Source: Opitutales bacterium (GTDB taxonomy: Bacteria; Verrucomicrobiota; Verrucomicrobiia; Opitutales; UBA9783). From it: 64,000 nt of DNA. Position 1 is the first letter of the stretch, and every line of letters begins with the position of its first letter. The stretch lies in NCBI GenBank assembly GCA_046881885.1, contig JBKSMP010000021.1, positions 238-64,237 on the forward strand. Direction: 5' to 3'. A program made the translations under genes and the position numbers. This document shows, piece by piece, positions 36,549 through 46,850 of the stretch. A model generated the notes under the pieces. That model saw nothing but the letters and a program-made list of their open reading frames with translations, did not search any database and was not told the DNA's origin.

Positions 36549-37548
36549 CGTTTTGCGCTAAAAACAATACTTTGCCATTACGTGATGATTTCTGTGAAGC
36601 TTCCAAAGCTTTTTTCCACTCCTCCAAAGGATAAGTCTCCCCTAACGGCACTACAAGCTTTTTCGTTTGCATAAGATTAAAGATTTGTTGCAAGCAGCTC
36701 TTTACCTCCAAAGCGGGACGTAAACGCGACCAAGCATCCATCCAAAAACCACGCAATTGGATATTTTTGAAAATCAATTCACGAGTAGGAAAACGAATCG
36801 CTTCCCCCGTCATTGCACCAAAAGTTACTAGGGTTCCATTTTCTGCTAAACTCTTTATAAGCCGCAAAGCACTGTTTCCTCCAACCGAATTTAAAGCCAA
36901 TTTGGGATACTCACCGTTCGTCCATTCCCGTACATCCGATAATTGCTCTAAGGTTATTACGCAATCCGCTCCTAAACGTTTCAAATGTTCTGCTTGAGCT
37001 AAATCGCGTACAACATTAATCGTTTTGTAGCCATAAACTCGAGCAATCTGAATAACACATTGACCTACACAAGAATTAGCAGCATTTTGGATTACCCAAT
37101 CGCCACTTTTTAAAGGCACAAAATCATTCAATAGTCGCAAAGCAGTCGGTGGATTAATAAAAGCTTGAGTAAGTTGTTCAACGGGAATATTGGATGGCAA
37201 AGGCCAAAGATCCGATTCTTCTGCAATAACGTAAGATTGCCAGGTACCCAATACTTCTGGAATACGTACACGCATACCAACTTTTAAAGAAGAAACCTTA
37301 GAACCCACTTCACAGATAACACCGATACCTTCGCGGCCGCCAACTGCCGGCAAGCTCGCAAGTTTTCCATACGTTCCTTGTATTTTTCCAAAATCAGACG
37401 GATGAATCACACTTGCAAGCAATTTTATCACAACTTGTTGCTCTTGAATCGGAGCAAGTTCCTTTGTTTGCAAAGCTAAAACCTCTTCTGGCTTACCAAA
37501 AGAATTATAGATAAGGGAAACATTCGTACGCATACATTTATAATGCAC
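36541..37548 (-). CDS. Medium-chain dehydrogenase/reductase, NADPH quinone oxidoreductase / 2-enoyl thioester reductase-like
   Basis: PAVGGREGIGVICEVG and a nucleotide-binding stretch WVIQNAANSCVGQCVIQIAR. No zinc ligands are evident. Confidence 0.8.
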   Translation of the reverse strand: MHYKCMRTNVSLIYNSFGKPEEVLALQTKELAPIQEQQVVIKLLASVIHPSDFGKIQGTYGKLASLPAVGGREGIGVICEVGSKVSSLKVGMRVRIPEVLGTWQSYVIAEESDLWPLPSNIPVEQLTQAFINPPTALRLLNDFVPLKSGDWVIQNAANSCVGQCVIQIARVYGYKTINVVRDLAQAEHLKRLGADCVITLEQLSDVREWTNGEYPKLALNSVGGNSALRLIKSLAENGTLVTFGAMTGEAIRFPTRELIFKNIQLRGFWMDAWSRLRPALEVKSCLQQIFNLMQTKKLVVPLGETYPLEEWKKALEASQKSSRNGKVLFLAQNDD

Positions 37549-37577
37549 TCAATTGCTTCCCTTGGGCAATACCAAAA

Positions 37578-38684
37578 TTACTGATTTTTAGGAATTAAAA
37601 TCGTATCTCCAACTCTTAAACCTTTGGAGTTTTGCAAACCATTAACCGCACGAATTTGCGCAGGCGTCGTACGATAACGTTGCGCAATAGACGAAAGCGA
37701 TTCTCCAGAAACAATCGTATGCTGCACACATTTAGCACAGCTGAGTGCATCTAATCCTGACTGCATTTGTTGGGCTAAACTCTGCAAACGATCATTAACT
37801 TGACGAATGGTTTCATCACAAGTGGTTTTACAAAATTCCCCCAATTTCTTTTCTATCTTCTGGAAAGAATGTTTTAGATTACTTTGAGTTCCATCGCCCT
37901 TTGAGAGTTGATAAATTTTTTGATCCTGCTCATTCAATTTTTGTCTAAATTGTTCAATTTTTTCTTCTGCAAAGAAATCAATAAGCTCTCTTACATGTTG
38001 CTCGTTTTCATTCTTAAAAGCTACAAAAGCATTTGAAGATACCCAATCATTAGATTTAGGTAAACTACGCTTTACCTCTTCTATAGAAGCATGATCAGCA
38101 TCTATTTTCCCTTCAGCTTGCTTACACCAATCCGCCAAAACTGCTAATATTTTTTGCTCAATTTGTGCGGAAAGATCCTTATTGGCTTGAAGTTCTTTTT
38201 GCATAAGCTCATACTTTTCCGTTCCAATATCGCTTACAAAATGACAAGTGTCTTCAAGTTTTTGCTCTAAATTAGCATAGCTTATTTTTAAGCTTTCTAA
38301 TTCTTGCTGCAAATTATTATTTTTTAATTTTTCATTTTCTTCTTCCAAAACCTTTACTCTCTCTGTCATTTCTGTAGAAAAATCTTTGTGCATTTGAAGC
38401 TCTTTCTGCATAAGCTCATACTTTTCTGTTCCGATATCACTTATAGAACGACATACCTCTTCAAGCTTTTGCTCCAAATTACTGTAGCTTGCTTTCAAAG
38501 TACTTAATTCCTCCTTTAACGTATCTACATCCTTTGTCAAAAGGCTAAGCTGCCGATAAGGCGAATTGGGAGAATTGGAAACGATTGGTGTTGTTTGACC
38601 TAGCAACAAATTTCCACATAAACTTGTAAAAACTAAAATTGAACGCATAGTAATCAGTATAAAATATTTCACTTGAAAAGTCAA
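37578..38684 (-). CDS. Secreted coiled-coil protein with a C-terminal LysM domain
   Basis: Signal peptide (ILITMRSILVFTSLCGNLLLG), an extended heptad-rich region with an internal 69-aa duplication, and a LysM at the C-terminus (HTIVSGESLSSIAQRYRTTPAQIRAVNGLQNSKGLRVGDTILIP). Confidence 0.75.
   Translation of the reverse strand: MTFQVKYFILITMRSILVFTSLCGNLLLGQTTPIVSNSPNSPYRQLSLLTKDVDTLKEELSTLKASYSNLEQKLEEVCRSISDIGTEKYELMQKELQMHKDFSTEMTERVKVLEEENEKLKNNNLQQELESLKISYANLEQKLEDTCHFVSDIGTEKYELMQKELQANKDLSAQIEQKILAVLADWCKQAEGKIDADHASIEEVKRSLPKSNDWVSSNAFVAFKNENEQHVRELIDFFAEEKIEQFRQKLNEQDQKIYQLSKGDGTQSNLKHSFQKIEKKLGEFCKTTCDETIRQVNDRLQSLAQQMQSGLDALSCAKCVQHTIVSGESLSSIAQRYRTTPAQIRAVNGLQNSKGLRVGDTILIPKNQ
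38187..38532 (-). repeat. Intragenic tandem duplication, period 207 nt (69 codons), two copies
   Basis: 38187.. (TTGAAGTTCTTTTTGCATAAGCTCATACTTTTCCGTTCC...) matches 38394.. (TTGAAGCTCTTTCTGCATAAGCTCATACTTTTCTGTTCC...). In protein: SYSNLEQKLEEVCRSISDIGTEKYELMQKELQMHKD versus SYANLEQKLEDTCHFVSDIGTEKYELMQKELQANKD. Confidence 0.85.
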
Positions 38685-38801
38685 AGGGTTATTTACAATA
38701 AGTTTTTAATATTGAAACATATTTTAAGAAATAAATTTAAAAAACAAAACATTTTCTTTTAACTTGTCAGGAGGGTTAAAAGTGTTAACTTTAGTGTGCG
38801 T

Positions 38802-40004
38802 ATGAATTATGGGTGGATTGTTTTGATACTGATAACGCTGATAGAGGCTTGCAGTGGATTTGGTAGAACATCCTCTTTAAGTCCTTATGTCAAAGATCTT
38901 TGTATTGATTTGGATTTAACACGTTCGCAATTGAGTGGAGCGTATACGTTGGCAAATTTGTTTGCAGGTTTTTTGTTGCCGTTTATTGGGAAGTTTTATG
39001 ACAAATGTACAACTCCTAATTTTTTGAGAATGCATATTACCATTTTTGGAGGTGCGTTTTTTACATTGAGTATGTTGCCTTTTTTACATTTTGGATCATT
39101 CGGTAATTTTCTTGCTTTTCTATTGTGTTTTGCTTGTGTTCGTTCATCAGTACATGCGTATGGGGTTGTTGGGCATTCTATGATCGCGACTTGGTTTGCA
39201 AAAAAGAGAGGGTTTGCAACCGGAATTACTTGCTTGGTATTGTCTACAATTGCCTCAGCAATGCCATGGATCAATCTACAACTTCATCAATTTTTCCGTT
39301 GGCAACATGTTTGGTTAACCGTTGCCATTTGTTGGTTTTGTTTTGTTTTTCCCTTATGTGGTTTTATCAAAAAACCTAAACATGCAGTTACTACCTCAAA
39401 AAAGGGAACTCATTTCGAATTAAACTCTATTAAGCAGTTTTTACGGCAGCCCATTTTTTGGCTAATTCTAGTAGCTTTATTCTTTCGTGCTGCTCAAAAT
39501 ACAGGCATTGCTTTCCATCTTATTCCCATTTGTGAAGAATTAGGCGCGCCTTCTCATCGAGTAACTTTTTGCTTCATGATTATTTCCATTTTTTCCATTT
39601 TAACGACATTTACATTTGGTCATTATCTCGATAAATGGGGGATACAATGGTCGCTTATGGTCTTCTTATTGGCAGATTTTATCTTTCTTTTTGCGCTTAG
39701 ATTTATTGGCCATTCGGGTGCTATTTACTTTTATATTCTCTTTGGTGGGCTTTATTGGGGGTTGGCACAAGTCGTTACCTATATGATTGTTCCAAAAATC
39801 TTTGGGGTTAAATGGATTGGAACCATAAATGGATGTGTTTCCGCAAGTACTTGCCTAGGAAGCTCTTTGGGCCCATTAATGTTAGGATTAATAAAAGACC
39901 ATTCTACTTATGCTTTAGGGCTTTCTGGGTTCGTTTGCGTAGCGCTTTTATTGGGAATAGGGAGTTACTTTTGTACCCAAAACTTAAAAACGAATAATGC
40001 ATAA
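38802..40004 (+). CDS. MFS transporter
   Basis: About 12 predicted TM helices across two 6-TM halves, with an MFS loop motif G.FYDK. The start is either ATG 38802 or GTG 38796. Confidence 0.8.
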   Translation: MNYGWIVLILITLIEACSGFGRTSSLSPYVKDLCIDLDLTRSQLSGAYTLANLFAGFLLPFIGKFYDKCTTPNFLRMHITIFGGAFFTLSMLPFLHFGSFGNFLAFLLCFACVRSSVHAYGVVGHSMIATWFAKKRGFATGITCLVLSTIASAMPWINLQLHQFFRWQHVWLTVAICWFCFVFPLCGFIKKPKHAVTTSKKGTHFELNSIKQFLRQPIFWLILVALFFRAAQNTGIAFHLIPICEELGAPSHRVTFCFMIISIFSILTTFTFGHYLDKWGIQWSLMVFLLADFIFLFALRFIGHSGAIYFYILFGGLYWGLAQVVTYMIVPKIFGVKWIGTINGCVSASTCLGSSLGPLMLGLIKDHSTYALGLSGFVCVALLLGIGSYFCTQNLKTNNA

Positions 40005-40638
40005 ACGGGCTAGAATTATTTTAGACCAACTCGATACTTTCTGTCAAGATCCCAAGCCTTCTTTAACCTATGAAACACCTTATCAATTGCTGATAGCTGT
40101 TCTCTTATCGGCTCAATGTAAAGATGAACGTGTTAATCGAGTTACTCCGAAATTGTTTCAGCAAGGACCGACTCCCCAATCTATGGTCAAATTGCCGATA
40201 GAAGCTCTTGAAACCATCATTTATCCTTGTGGTTTTTTCAAAGTAAAGGCGCGTTATATTCATGAACTTTCCCAACAATTATGCACCCAGTATAACGGAC
40301 AAGTTCCCTCGACCTTAGAAGCCTTGGAACGTTTGTCGGGTGTCGGTCATAAAACCGCTTCGGTTGTGATGAGTCATGCTTTTGGTGCAAAAACCTTTCC
40401 TGTGGATACTCATATTTATCGTTTATCGTTAAAGTGGGGATTAAGCAAAGGGCCTTCTGTAGAAAAGGTAGAAGCGGATTTAAAGCGTATTTTCCCAGAT
40501 TCTGTTTGGTATAAGTTACACTTGCAAATGATCGATTATGGCCGTAAATATTGCAATCGTTTTGCGTGTACTTCTCAAAAGCTTTGTCCTATCTGCAAAG
40601 CATTACTAGAGTTAGAAAAACCTTCTAAAACAAAGTAA
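39997..40638 (+). CDS. nth: Endonuclease III
   Basis: HhH-GPD (LSGVGHKTASVV), a catalytic region, and a C-terminal 4-Cys cluster (CNRFACTSQKLCPIC). Confidence 0.92.
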   Translation: MHKRARIILDQLDTFCQDPKPSLTYETPYQLLIAVLLSAQCKDERVNRVTPKLFQQGPTPQSMVKLPIEALETIIYPCGFFKVKARYIHELSQQLCTQYNGQVPSTLEALERLSGVGHKTASVVMSHAFGAKTFPVDTHIYRLSLKWGLSKGPSVEKVEADLKRIFPDSVWYKLHLQMIDYGRKYCNRFACTSQKLCPICKALLELEKPSKTK

Positions 40639-40720
40639 TTTTATTTTTTCAGAGCACCTTCTCTTTTTAGAATTCCCAATTTTATCCTTTACATAATCCG
40701 GTTTCTACAAGATAATAGAA

Positions 40721-43267
40721 ATGTTCATGGGGTCGCAAATTGAATCTTTTTTATCGTTTTCATCGGTTCGTTTTCAATTAGATAACGGACTCTCTGTCAT
40801 TTTTCTGCCAACAGAAAATACGCGTGTTTTGGCGCTTCAAATGTGGGTTAAAACAGGCAGTATTGATGAGGGAAATTATTTAGGATCCGGTATCTCACAT
40901 TTCGTTGAGCACATGGTGTTTAAGGGGACAGAACGTCGGAATTACGCGGATATTTTCAAGGAAACTCAAGCACAAGGGGCAAAGATTAATGCCTATACGT
41001 CTTTTGATCGTACTGTTTATACCTATGATGGTAGCATTGATTCTTTTGAGAAAGGATTGGATATTTTAGGCGACATGCTCTTTCATTCCATTTTTCCAGA
41101 AGAAGAACTTGTTAAGGAAAGAGAAGTGATTTTGCGGGAAATCAACATGAGCAATGACGATCCTGATGATCGGCTTAGTCAGATTTTATTTGAAACTGCA
41201 TTTCGCCAGCATCCGTATCGTTATCCAATCATTGGTATACGCAATCTATTTGAAAAATTGACGCGTGAGGATTTAATGCGTTACTGGCAATCTCGTTATG
41301 CGCCCAATAATATGACTTTAGTGCTTGCTGGAGCGCTTGATGTAGCCTTTGTTAAGGAAAAAGTGCAGAAATATTTAGGACAAGAAACGCCTCGATGCGT
41401 AACACCTGTCTTTATTCCAAGAGAACCTTTCCAGTTGGCCGAACGTACCTATCAAGAGTATGGTGATTATCAACTAGTTCGTGGTGCCATAGCCTACAAA
41501 ATACCGGGTATTGGACACAAAGATGGTGCGCGATTGCAAGTTCTTGCAAGCATTTTAGGGGATGGTGAAAGTTCTATCTTATACCAAAAAATGCGCGAAG
41601 AAAAGCAATTGGTGTATAGTATAGATGTATCATCTTGGATGGCAAATGGACAAGGTCTATTTTGGATCCAATATACCTGTGATCCTGGAAAACGTGAAAG
41701 TGTAGAGGAAACACTTAAAACTTATTTACCTAAATGGGTTGAAGCCGGCTTAACAGAGGCCAGTGTTCAAAAAGCTTTTAATCGAGCTCTTATGGCTGAA
41801 TTAGATGCCCGTAAAACGGTTTCGGGAAAGGCACATCACGTGGGTTGGGCAGAAGTCAGCTTAGGTGATGAAAATTATCCTAAACATTATTTAGAGCAAT
41901 TACAAAACCTAAGTGCTGCTTCGGTAAAATCGATTGTGGCTAAATACTTTAAAGAAATTTCTTGCACGCGAGTGGCCTTGGAACCATCTATACAGCAAGC
42001 AGAAGCTAAAACGATAACGTTTTCCTATGATGCCCAAGAAAATATTGAAGTTTTTGAGGTTTGCGGTGTAAAAATCTTTATTCAACGCTGTACAGATTTT
42101 CCAAAGACCCATGTACAGGCTCTATTTAAAGGAGGTTGTCTGTATGAACCCGCAACTAAGCGTGGTATAACACAACTTTTAGCCACTTTACTTACTAAAG
42201 ATACTCAATCGCAAACGGCCTTGGAAATTGCTGAACAAATCGAGGCAATTGGTGGCCAAATCAATAGCTTTTCTGGCGTTAACCATTTAGGGTTTTCCTT
42301 GGAAGTATTAGCCAAAGATACCGAATTAGGCTGTAAAATCTTACAGAATGCTCTCACTGAGCCGTTATTTTTGGAAAAAGTATTTGAAATTGAAAAGCAA
42401 GCACAATTAGCCGCCTTGCAAGAGCTAAAAGATGACGTTTTCTACTTAGGCTTTCAAAAAATTCGTCAACAGTTTTTCCAAGAACATCCTTATAATGTTG
42501 GCCAATTAGGAACTACAGAAGGTGTTCAAGCGATAACTTTGGAAGATGTAAAAAAGTATTTTGAACAGATTGTTGTTGCTAACAATTGTATTCTTTCGGT
42601 CGTTTCTCAGTTAGATTCAGCAACCTTATTAAACATACTAAGGCCTTTATGCGAAAAATTGTCGCAAAAAACCTTTCAAGCTGTTACAGATCCATTTCCG
42701 GCCTTAGAAGCCCGAAGGATTGAAGATGTGCTTAATAAGGAACAATCCATGGTGTTTAGTGCCTATCCAATTGCGGGAATAGCAGAAGAAGATTTTTATA
42801 TCGGTGAAATTTTGGAAGAGCTTTTTAATGGCCTTTCAAGTTCTTTTGTTGAGGAAGTACGCGAAAAACGTGGATTAGCTTATACCGTAGGAGCTACACG
42901 CTTGTTGGGCCTAAAGAATGGCATGTTCTGCTTGTTTGCAGGTACACAAAAAGAGCAAGTTCATATTGTTGAAGAAGAAATGTTTAAAGGCATTCGACGT
43001 GTTTTAGAACGGAAACTGACCCAGGAAGAATTCAATTTGTGTAAAACCTGCTTAAAAGTTAATCGGCAATTACGTCTACAAACGATTGGTCGTAAAGCAT
43101 TTGGTATTGGTTATAACGCTTTATTGGGCCTATCTATCGAACATTGGCTTGCTTATGATCAACAAATAGATGCGATCTCTTTAGAGGCATTTTATGACCG
43201 TTGTGCACCTTATTTAAGAGAAAATTTAGCGAACACACTTTTATTAACCCCATCTTCTAACTCATGA
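40721..43267 (+). CDS. M16-family zinc peptidase (double-length, insulinase-like)
   Basis: Inverted zinc motif HFVEHMVFKG; four M16 half-domains by length. Confidence 0.88.
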   Translation: MFMGSQIESFLSFSSVRFQLDNGLSVIFLPTENTRVLALQMWVKTGSIDEGNYLGSGISHFVEHMVFKGTERRNYADIFKETQAQGAKINAYTSFDRTVYTYDGSIDSFEKGLDILGDMLFHSIFPEEELVKEREVILREINMSNDDPDDRLSQILFETAFRQHPYRYPIIGIRNLFEKLTREDLMRYWQSRYAPNNMTLVLAGALDVAFVKEKVQKYLGQETPRCVTPVFIPREPFQLAERTYQEYGDYQLVRGAIAYKIPGIGHKDGARLQVLASILGDGESSILYQKMREEKQLVYSIDVSSWMANGQGLFWIQYTCDPGKRESVEETLKTYLPKWVEAGLTEASVQKAFNRALMAELDARKTVSGKAHHVGWAEVSLGDENYPKHYLEQLQNLSAASVKSIVAKYFKEISCTRVALEPSIQQAEAKTITFSYDAQENIEVFEVCGVKIFIQRCTDFPKTHVQALFKGGCLYEPATKRGITQLLATLLTKDTQSQTALEIAEQIEAIGGQINSFSGVNHLGFSLEVLAKDTELGCKILQNALTEPLFLEKVFEIEKQAQLAALQELKDDVFYLGFQKIRQQFFQEHPYNVGQLGTTEGVQAITLEDVKKYFEQIVVANNCILSVVSQLDSATLLNILRPLCEKLSQKTFQAVTDPFPALEARRIEDVLNKEQSMVFSAYPIAGIAEEDFYIGEILEELFNGLSSSFVEEVREKRGLAYTVGATRLLGLKNGMFCLFAGTQKEQVHIVEEEMFKGIRRVLERKLTQEEFNLCKTCLKVNRQLRLQTIGRKAFGIGYNALLGLSIEHWLAYDQQIDAISLEAFYDRCAPYLRENLANTLLLTPSSNS

Positions 43268-46125
43268 AAACAATTATCTATAGTTTATTCGTTTTATTCA
43301 CTTGCGGAAATTTGGTCCTAGGACGTCCTACACCTGCTCCTTCGAAGCAAACTGTTTCGGCAACCTCTCGTACTGCCAGAGATTTATTGCGCAAGTCCCT
43401 TAAGCAAGATTCACAAATAAAGCATGGTGTATTAAAGAATGGAATTCATTACTATTTCTTGCCGAAAAAAGGAGAACGTCTTAGTTTGCGGCTTATGGTA
43501 AATGCAGGGGCAGCTATGGAAGAACCACACCACGACGGAATTGCCCATTTTATCGAACATATGACTTTTAATGGAACAACACATTTTAAGCCAGGAACCT
43601 TGATTCAATATTTCCAAAAAAATGGGATGGGCTTTGGTAATGATACCAACGCTTTTACAAGTTATTTGCATACCGTTTACCAAATTGATCTCCCGAATAA
43701 TTTGGAACAAAACCTACGAGAAGGGCTAACAGTACTTTACGATCAAGGTTTTGGATGCCTATTTTTACCTCAAGAAATTGATCGTGAACGCGGCGTTATC
43801 TTATCCGAAATGAGGACTCGAGATAATGCAGCTTATCGTAGTTATAAAGCTTCTGCGCAATTTTTTTGTCCAGAAACGCTTTTAGCTAAGCGTTTTGTTA
43901 TTGGCTTGGAATCTACTATTAATGCGTTTCAACAAAATGATTTTTTTGAGTTTTATAAGCGCTGGTATACAACCGATCGTATGCGTTTAATTGTCACGGG
44001 AGATGCGGATTTCAAGTCGATAAAAAAGCTTGTAAACGAAGTTTTTGGTAAAGCTTCCAAGTCTAAGAAAGTACTAAAAGATCCTGATTTAGGTTATTTA
44101 AAGAAGCAAGCTTTCTCAGTTGGTGTCCACAAAGATACGGAATTACCCAATGTAACCTTGTTATTAAGGGCTCAAAAAACAGCTAAAAGAGACGTTAAAA
44201 CTTTAGCTGATTTACGTAAAGATTGCGCTTGGAAATTAATTGAAACGATACTTCATCATCGCCTAGAAAGTTTAAAGAAAAAAACCAACTTACAAAATGC
44301 TTATTGTACTTATGGTTCTGATTTAAATGTTCTGGAAGGTTGCGACTTAACCTTTTGTTGCACTAAAGATCATGTGTTTGCTTTAGTTAAAGAATTGGAA
44401 AAATTCAGCCGTCGCATTTCTACGTTTGGATTTTCACAATCGGAATTAGAAGATGCCAAACAAGCGTTCTGTGGTACCTTAAAAACCCATGCTGGAACCG
44501 AAGCTAACGATACCGTAAAAGAAGCAGCAGATCGTTTGGTATACCAATTTATGGACTTAGGATTTGTTTTATCCTCACAACAGAAATTAGACTATTTTAA
44601 TAAAATTGCTTTTACGATAACGCCCGACTACTGTTTAAGCCTATGGAAAGACTTGTGGGCTGAAAACCAAATTGCGTTGTTTGTAAGTGGGCCATTTGAT
44701 GCAACTTTTGCCGAAAAAGATGTGTTAAATGTCTTTAAAAACAGTCAAAAAGAGGTTTTAAAGTTGGAAGAAGCTTATCAAGCTCATACCTTTCAATCAC
44801 CATTTGTAAAAGATCGCAAAGTAACAATCATCGATCGATACGATCATCAAAATTTAGGGGTAGAATGTTTGCGATTAAGCAATAATCTTCGCATTAATCT
44901 AAAAAAGACGGATTTTGAAAAGAATCGTATTTTGGTACATTTAGCAATCGGTAATGGACTTGTGGAATTAAAAGACTCACCTTATCCTGGTATACAGTAT
45001 TTATTAAGTTCTTCCTTTATTTCTGGAGGCTTAAAGCAATGTGATCAACAAACCTTGAATCGCATTTTTGATGGTAAACTCATTTCGTTGGACTTCGATG
45101 TTGACGTTAATGGCTACTGTTTTAAAGCGCTTACCGATCGAGAAAATTTCCGTCAACAAATGGAGCTTATTGGAGCTTACATGGTAGAACCTGGTTATCG
45201 AGAAGAGGGGTTGTCGGAATTTAGAAAATGTCTGCCTACTTGGTATGAAAAGTTTGCAAAGACTCCAGAAGGCGTTTTTAAGGATAAAGTTACTCCGTTT
45301 TTAACTTTAAATGATCCACGGTTTACCTATCCTACTCAAACAGTTCTTTTAGAACGTACCTTTGAAGAAGCTCGTAAGCTTTTAGCTCCCGTATTTGCAA
45401 AACACTATATGGAATTAACCCTGGTCGGAGATTTTGATCGCAATGAAGTTATTGATGTTTTGACAGATACTTTGGGCCGATTAGATGATCGTGATGCACA
45501 AAAAAAGGAGCTTCCTGAAGATTGCAAGAAGTTAGCTTGGCCAGAAGCTCAAACGAAAGACTTTAGTTTTGATTCTGTTATCGACAAAGCCATTTCAGTT
45601 ATTGTTTGGCCTACAGAATCGGTTTGGAATCAGGAACATACGCGTATTTTAACGATTTTAAAGTCTATACTACAAAATCGACTTATTTTTGAAATTCGGC
45701 AAGCATTAGGAGACACCTATTCTCCTAGAGTCGATCTCGTAACGAATGAGGTTTGGGAGAATCGTGGAAGTATGACCTCCTTGATTTATGTAGATCCTAA
45801 AAAGTTGGATGATATTGCCGAGCGAACCTTAAAAATTGCGGAAGCAATTGCTAATGATGGTGTTTCACAGGATGAATTAGACCGTGCTATAAAACCTTAT
45901 ATCAATCAATTAAAGCAGAAAATGGAAACCAATGTTTTCTGGCTTGAGCTTATTAAAAATATTCAGCAATATCCACAAAAAGACGCATGGATGAAGGATA
46001 TTATTAACCATTATGAAGCCATAAAAACAGATGATATACAACGTTTGGCTCGCCTTTATTTGAAACGTAATCGTGCGATTTGCATCCACATTCAACCTAA
46101 ACCTTTAGATAATGCTCAACCATGA
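43264..46125 (+). CDS. M16-family zinc peptidase, secreted (double-length)
   Basis: Signal peptide plus HFIEHMTFNG. It overlaps the upstream M16 gene by ATGA. Confidence 0.88.
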   Translation: MKTIIYSLFVLFTCGNLVLGRPTPAPSKQTVSATSRTARDLLRKSLKQDSQIKHGVLKNGIHYYFLPKKGERLSLRLMVNAGAAMEEPHHDGIAHFIEHMTFNGTTHFKPGTLIQYFQKNGMGFGNDTNAFTSYLHTVYQIDLPNNLEQNLREGLTVLYDQGFGCLFLPQEIDRERGVILSEMRTRDNAAYRSYKASAQFFCPETLLAKRFVIGLESTINAFQQNDFFEFYKRWYTTDRMRLIVTGDADFKSIKKLVNEVFGKASKSKKVLKDPDLGYLKKQAFSVGVHKDTELPNVTLLLRAQKTAKRDVKTLADLRKDCAWKLIETILHHRLESLKKKTNLQNAYCTYGSDLNVLEGCDLTFCCTKDHVFALVKELEKFSRRISTFGFSQSELEDAKQAFCGTLKTHAGTEANDTVKEAADRLVYQFMDLGFVLSSQQKLDYFNKIAFTITPDYCLSLWKDLWAENQIALFVSGPFDATFAEKDVLNVFKNSQKEVLKLEEAYQAHTFQSPFVKDRKVTIIDRYDHQNLGVECLRLSNNLRINLKKTDFEKNRILVHLAIGNGLVELKDSPYPGIQYLLSSSFISGGLKQCDQQTLNRIFDGKLISLDFDVDVNGYCFKALTDRENFRQQMELIGAYMVEPGYREEGLSEFRKCLPTWYEKFAKTPEGVFKDKVTPFLTLNDPRFTYPTQTVLLERTFEEARKLLAPVFAKHYMELTLVGDFDRNEVIDVLTDTLGRLDDRDAQKKELPEDCKKLAWPEAQTKDFSFDSVIDKAISVIVWPTESVWNQEHTRILTILKSILQNRLIFEIRQALGDTYSPRVDLVTNEVWENRGSMTSLIYVDPKKLDDIAERTLKIAEAIANDGVSQDELDRAIKPYINQLKQKMETNVFWLELIKNIQQYPQKDAWMKDIINHYEAIKTDDIQRLARLYLKRNRAICIHIQPKPLDNAQP

Positions 46126-46577
46126 GAACGATCTATTTAGGTTCTGATCATGGCGGATTTGGGCTAAAAGCTGAACTTTTAAAGTATTTGTCCTCGTCCA
46201 ATATTACAATAAAGGATATAGGGACTTTTGATGCAAGTTCTTGTGATTATCCCGAAATTGCTCAGCATGTAGCTCAGGAAGTACAAAAAAATAAAGGTGC
46301 TTTGGGACTTTTGATTTGTCGATCGGGTGTGGGTATGTGCATAGCAGCTAACAAATTTAAAGGGATTTATGCTGCTTGTTTATCAACATACGATTCCGTT
46401 GTAAAAGCCCGTCAACATAACGCTATTAATGTATTATGTTTGTCGGGAACCCTAGATCTTGTTTTGGCAAAAACACTTGTAAAGGCCTTTTTAACAACAG
46501 ATTTGGATAGAGACGTACGACACTGTAAACGACGTGAACAAATTTATGCAATTGAATCGAAAAATTTTGTTGCTTAA
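46122..46577 (+). CDS. rpiB: Ribose-5-phosphate isomerase B
   Basis: IYLGSDHGGFGLKAELLKYL ... GLLICRSGVGMCIAANK. Confidence 0.9.
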   Translation: MRTIYLGSDHGGFGLKAELLKYLSSSNITIKDIGTFDASSCDYPEIAQHVAQEVQKNKGALGLLICRSGVGMCIAANKFKGIYAACLSTYDSVVKARQHNAINVLCLSGTLDLVLAKTLVKAFLTTDLDRDVRHCKRREQIYAIESKNFVA

Positions 46578-46619
46578 ACGCTTAAGTGTATTACACTTTT
46601 ACCAGTTTATTGATTTATT

Positions 46620-46814
46620 ATGAAAAATATACTTAATAAAATTTTATTTGGAAGTTCATTATTCTTGAGTGCTTTGGCTTTTGCTGAAACTGAAGAAAAC
46701 AAAGATGTAGAACCTGTTTCTGTGGTTTGCACTGGCGAAAACTGTCCAACTGAGCCGGTTTCACAAGAAGAAACTCCTGTTGAAGTTGAAGAACAACCAG
46801 CTGAAAACAAGTAA
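46620..46814 (+). CDS. Small secreted acidic protein (64 aa)
   Basis: Signal peptide MKNILNKILFGSSLFLSALAFA with an A-x-A site. The mature part is Glu/Pro/Val-rich with a CTGENC pair. It has its own terminator immediately downstream. Confidence 0.4.
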   Translation: MKNILNKILFGSSLFLSALAFAETEENKDVEPVSVVCTGENCPTEPVSQEETPVEVEEQPAENK

Positions 46815-46820
46815 ACCAGT

Positions 46821-46844
46821 GGCATGTTAGTCGCATGCCTTTTT
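46821..46844 (+). terminator. Intrinsic terminator after the small secreted-protein ORF
   Basis: GGCATG-TTAGTCG-CATGCC followed by TTTTT. Confidence 0.5.
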
Positions 46845-46850
46845 AATCCT

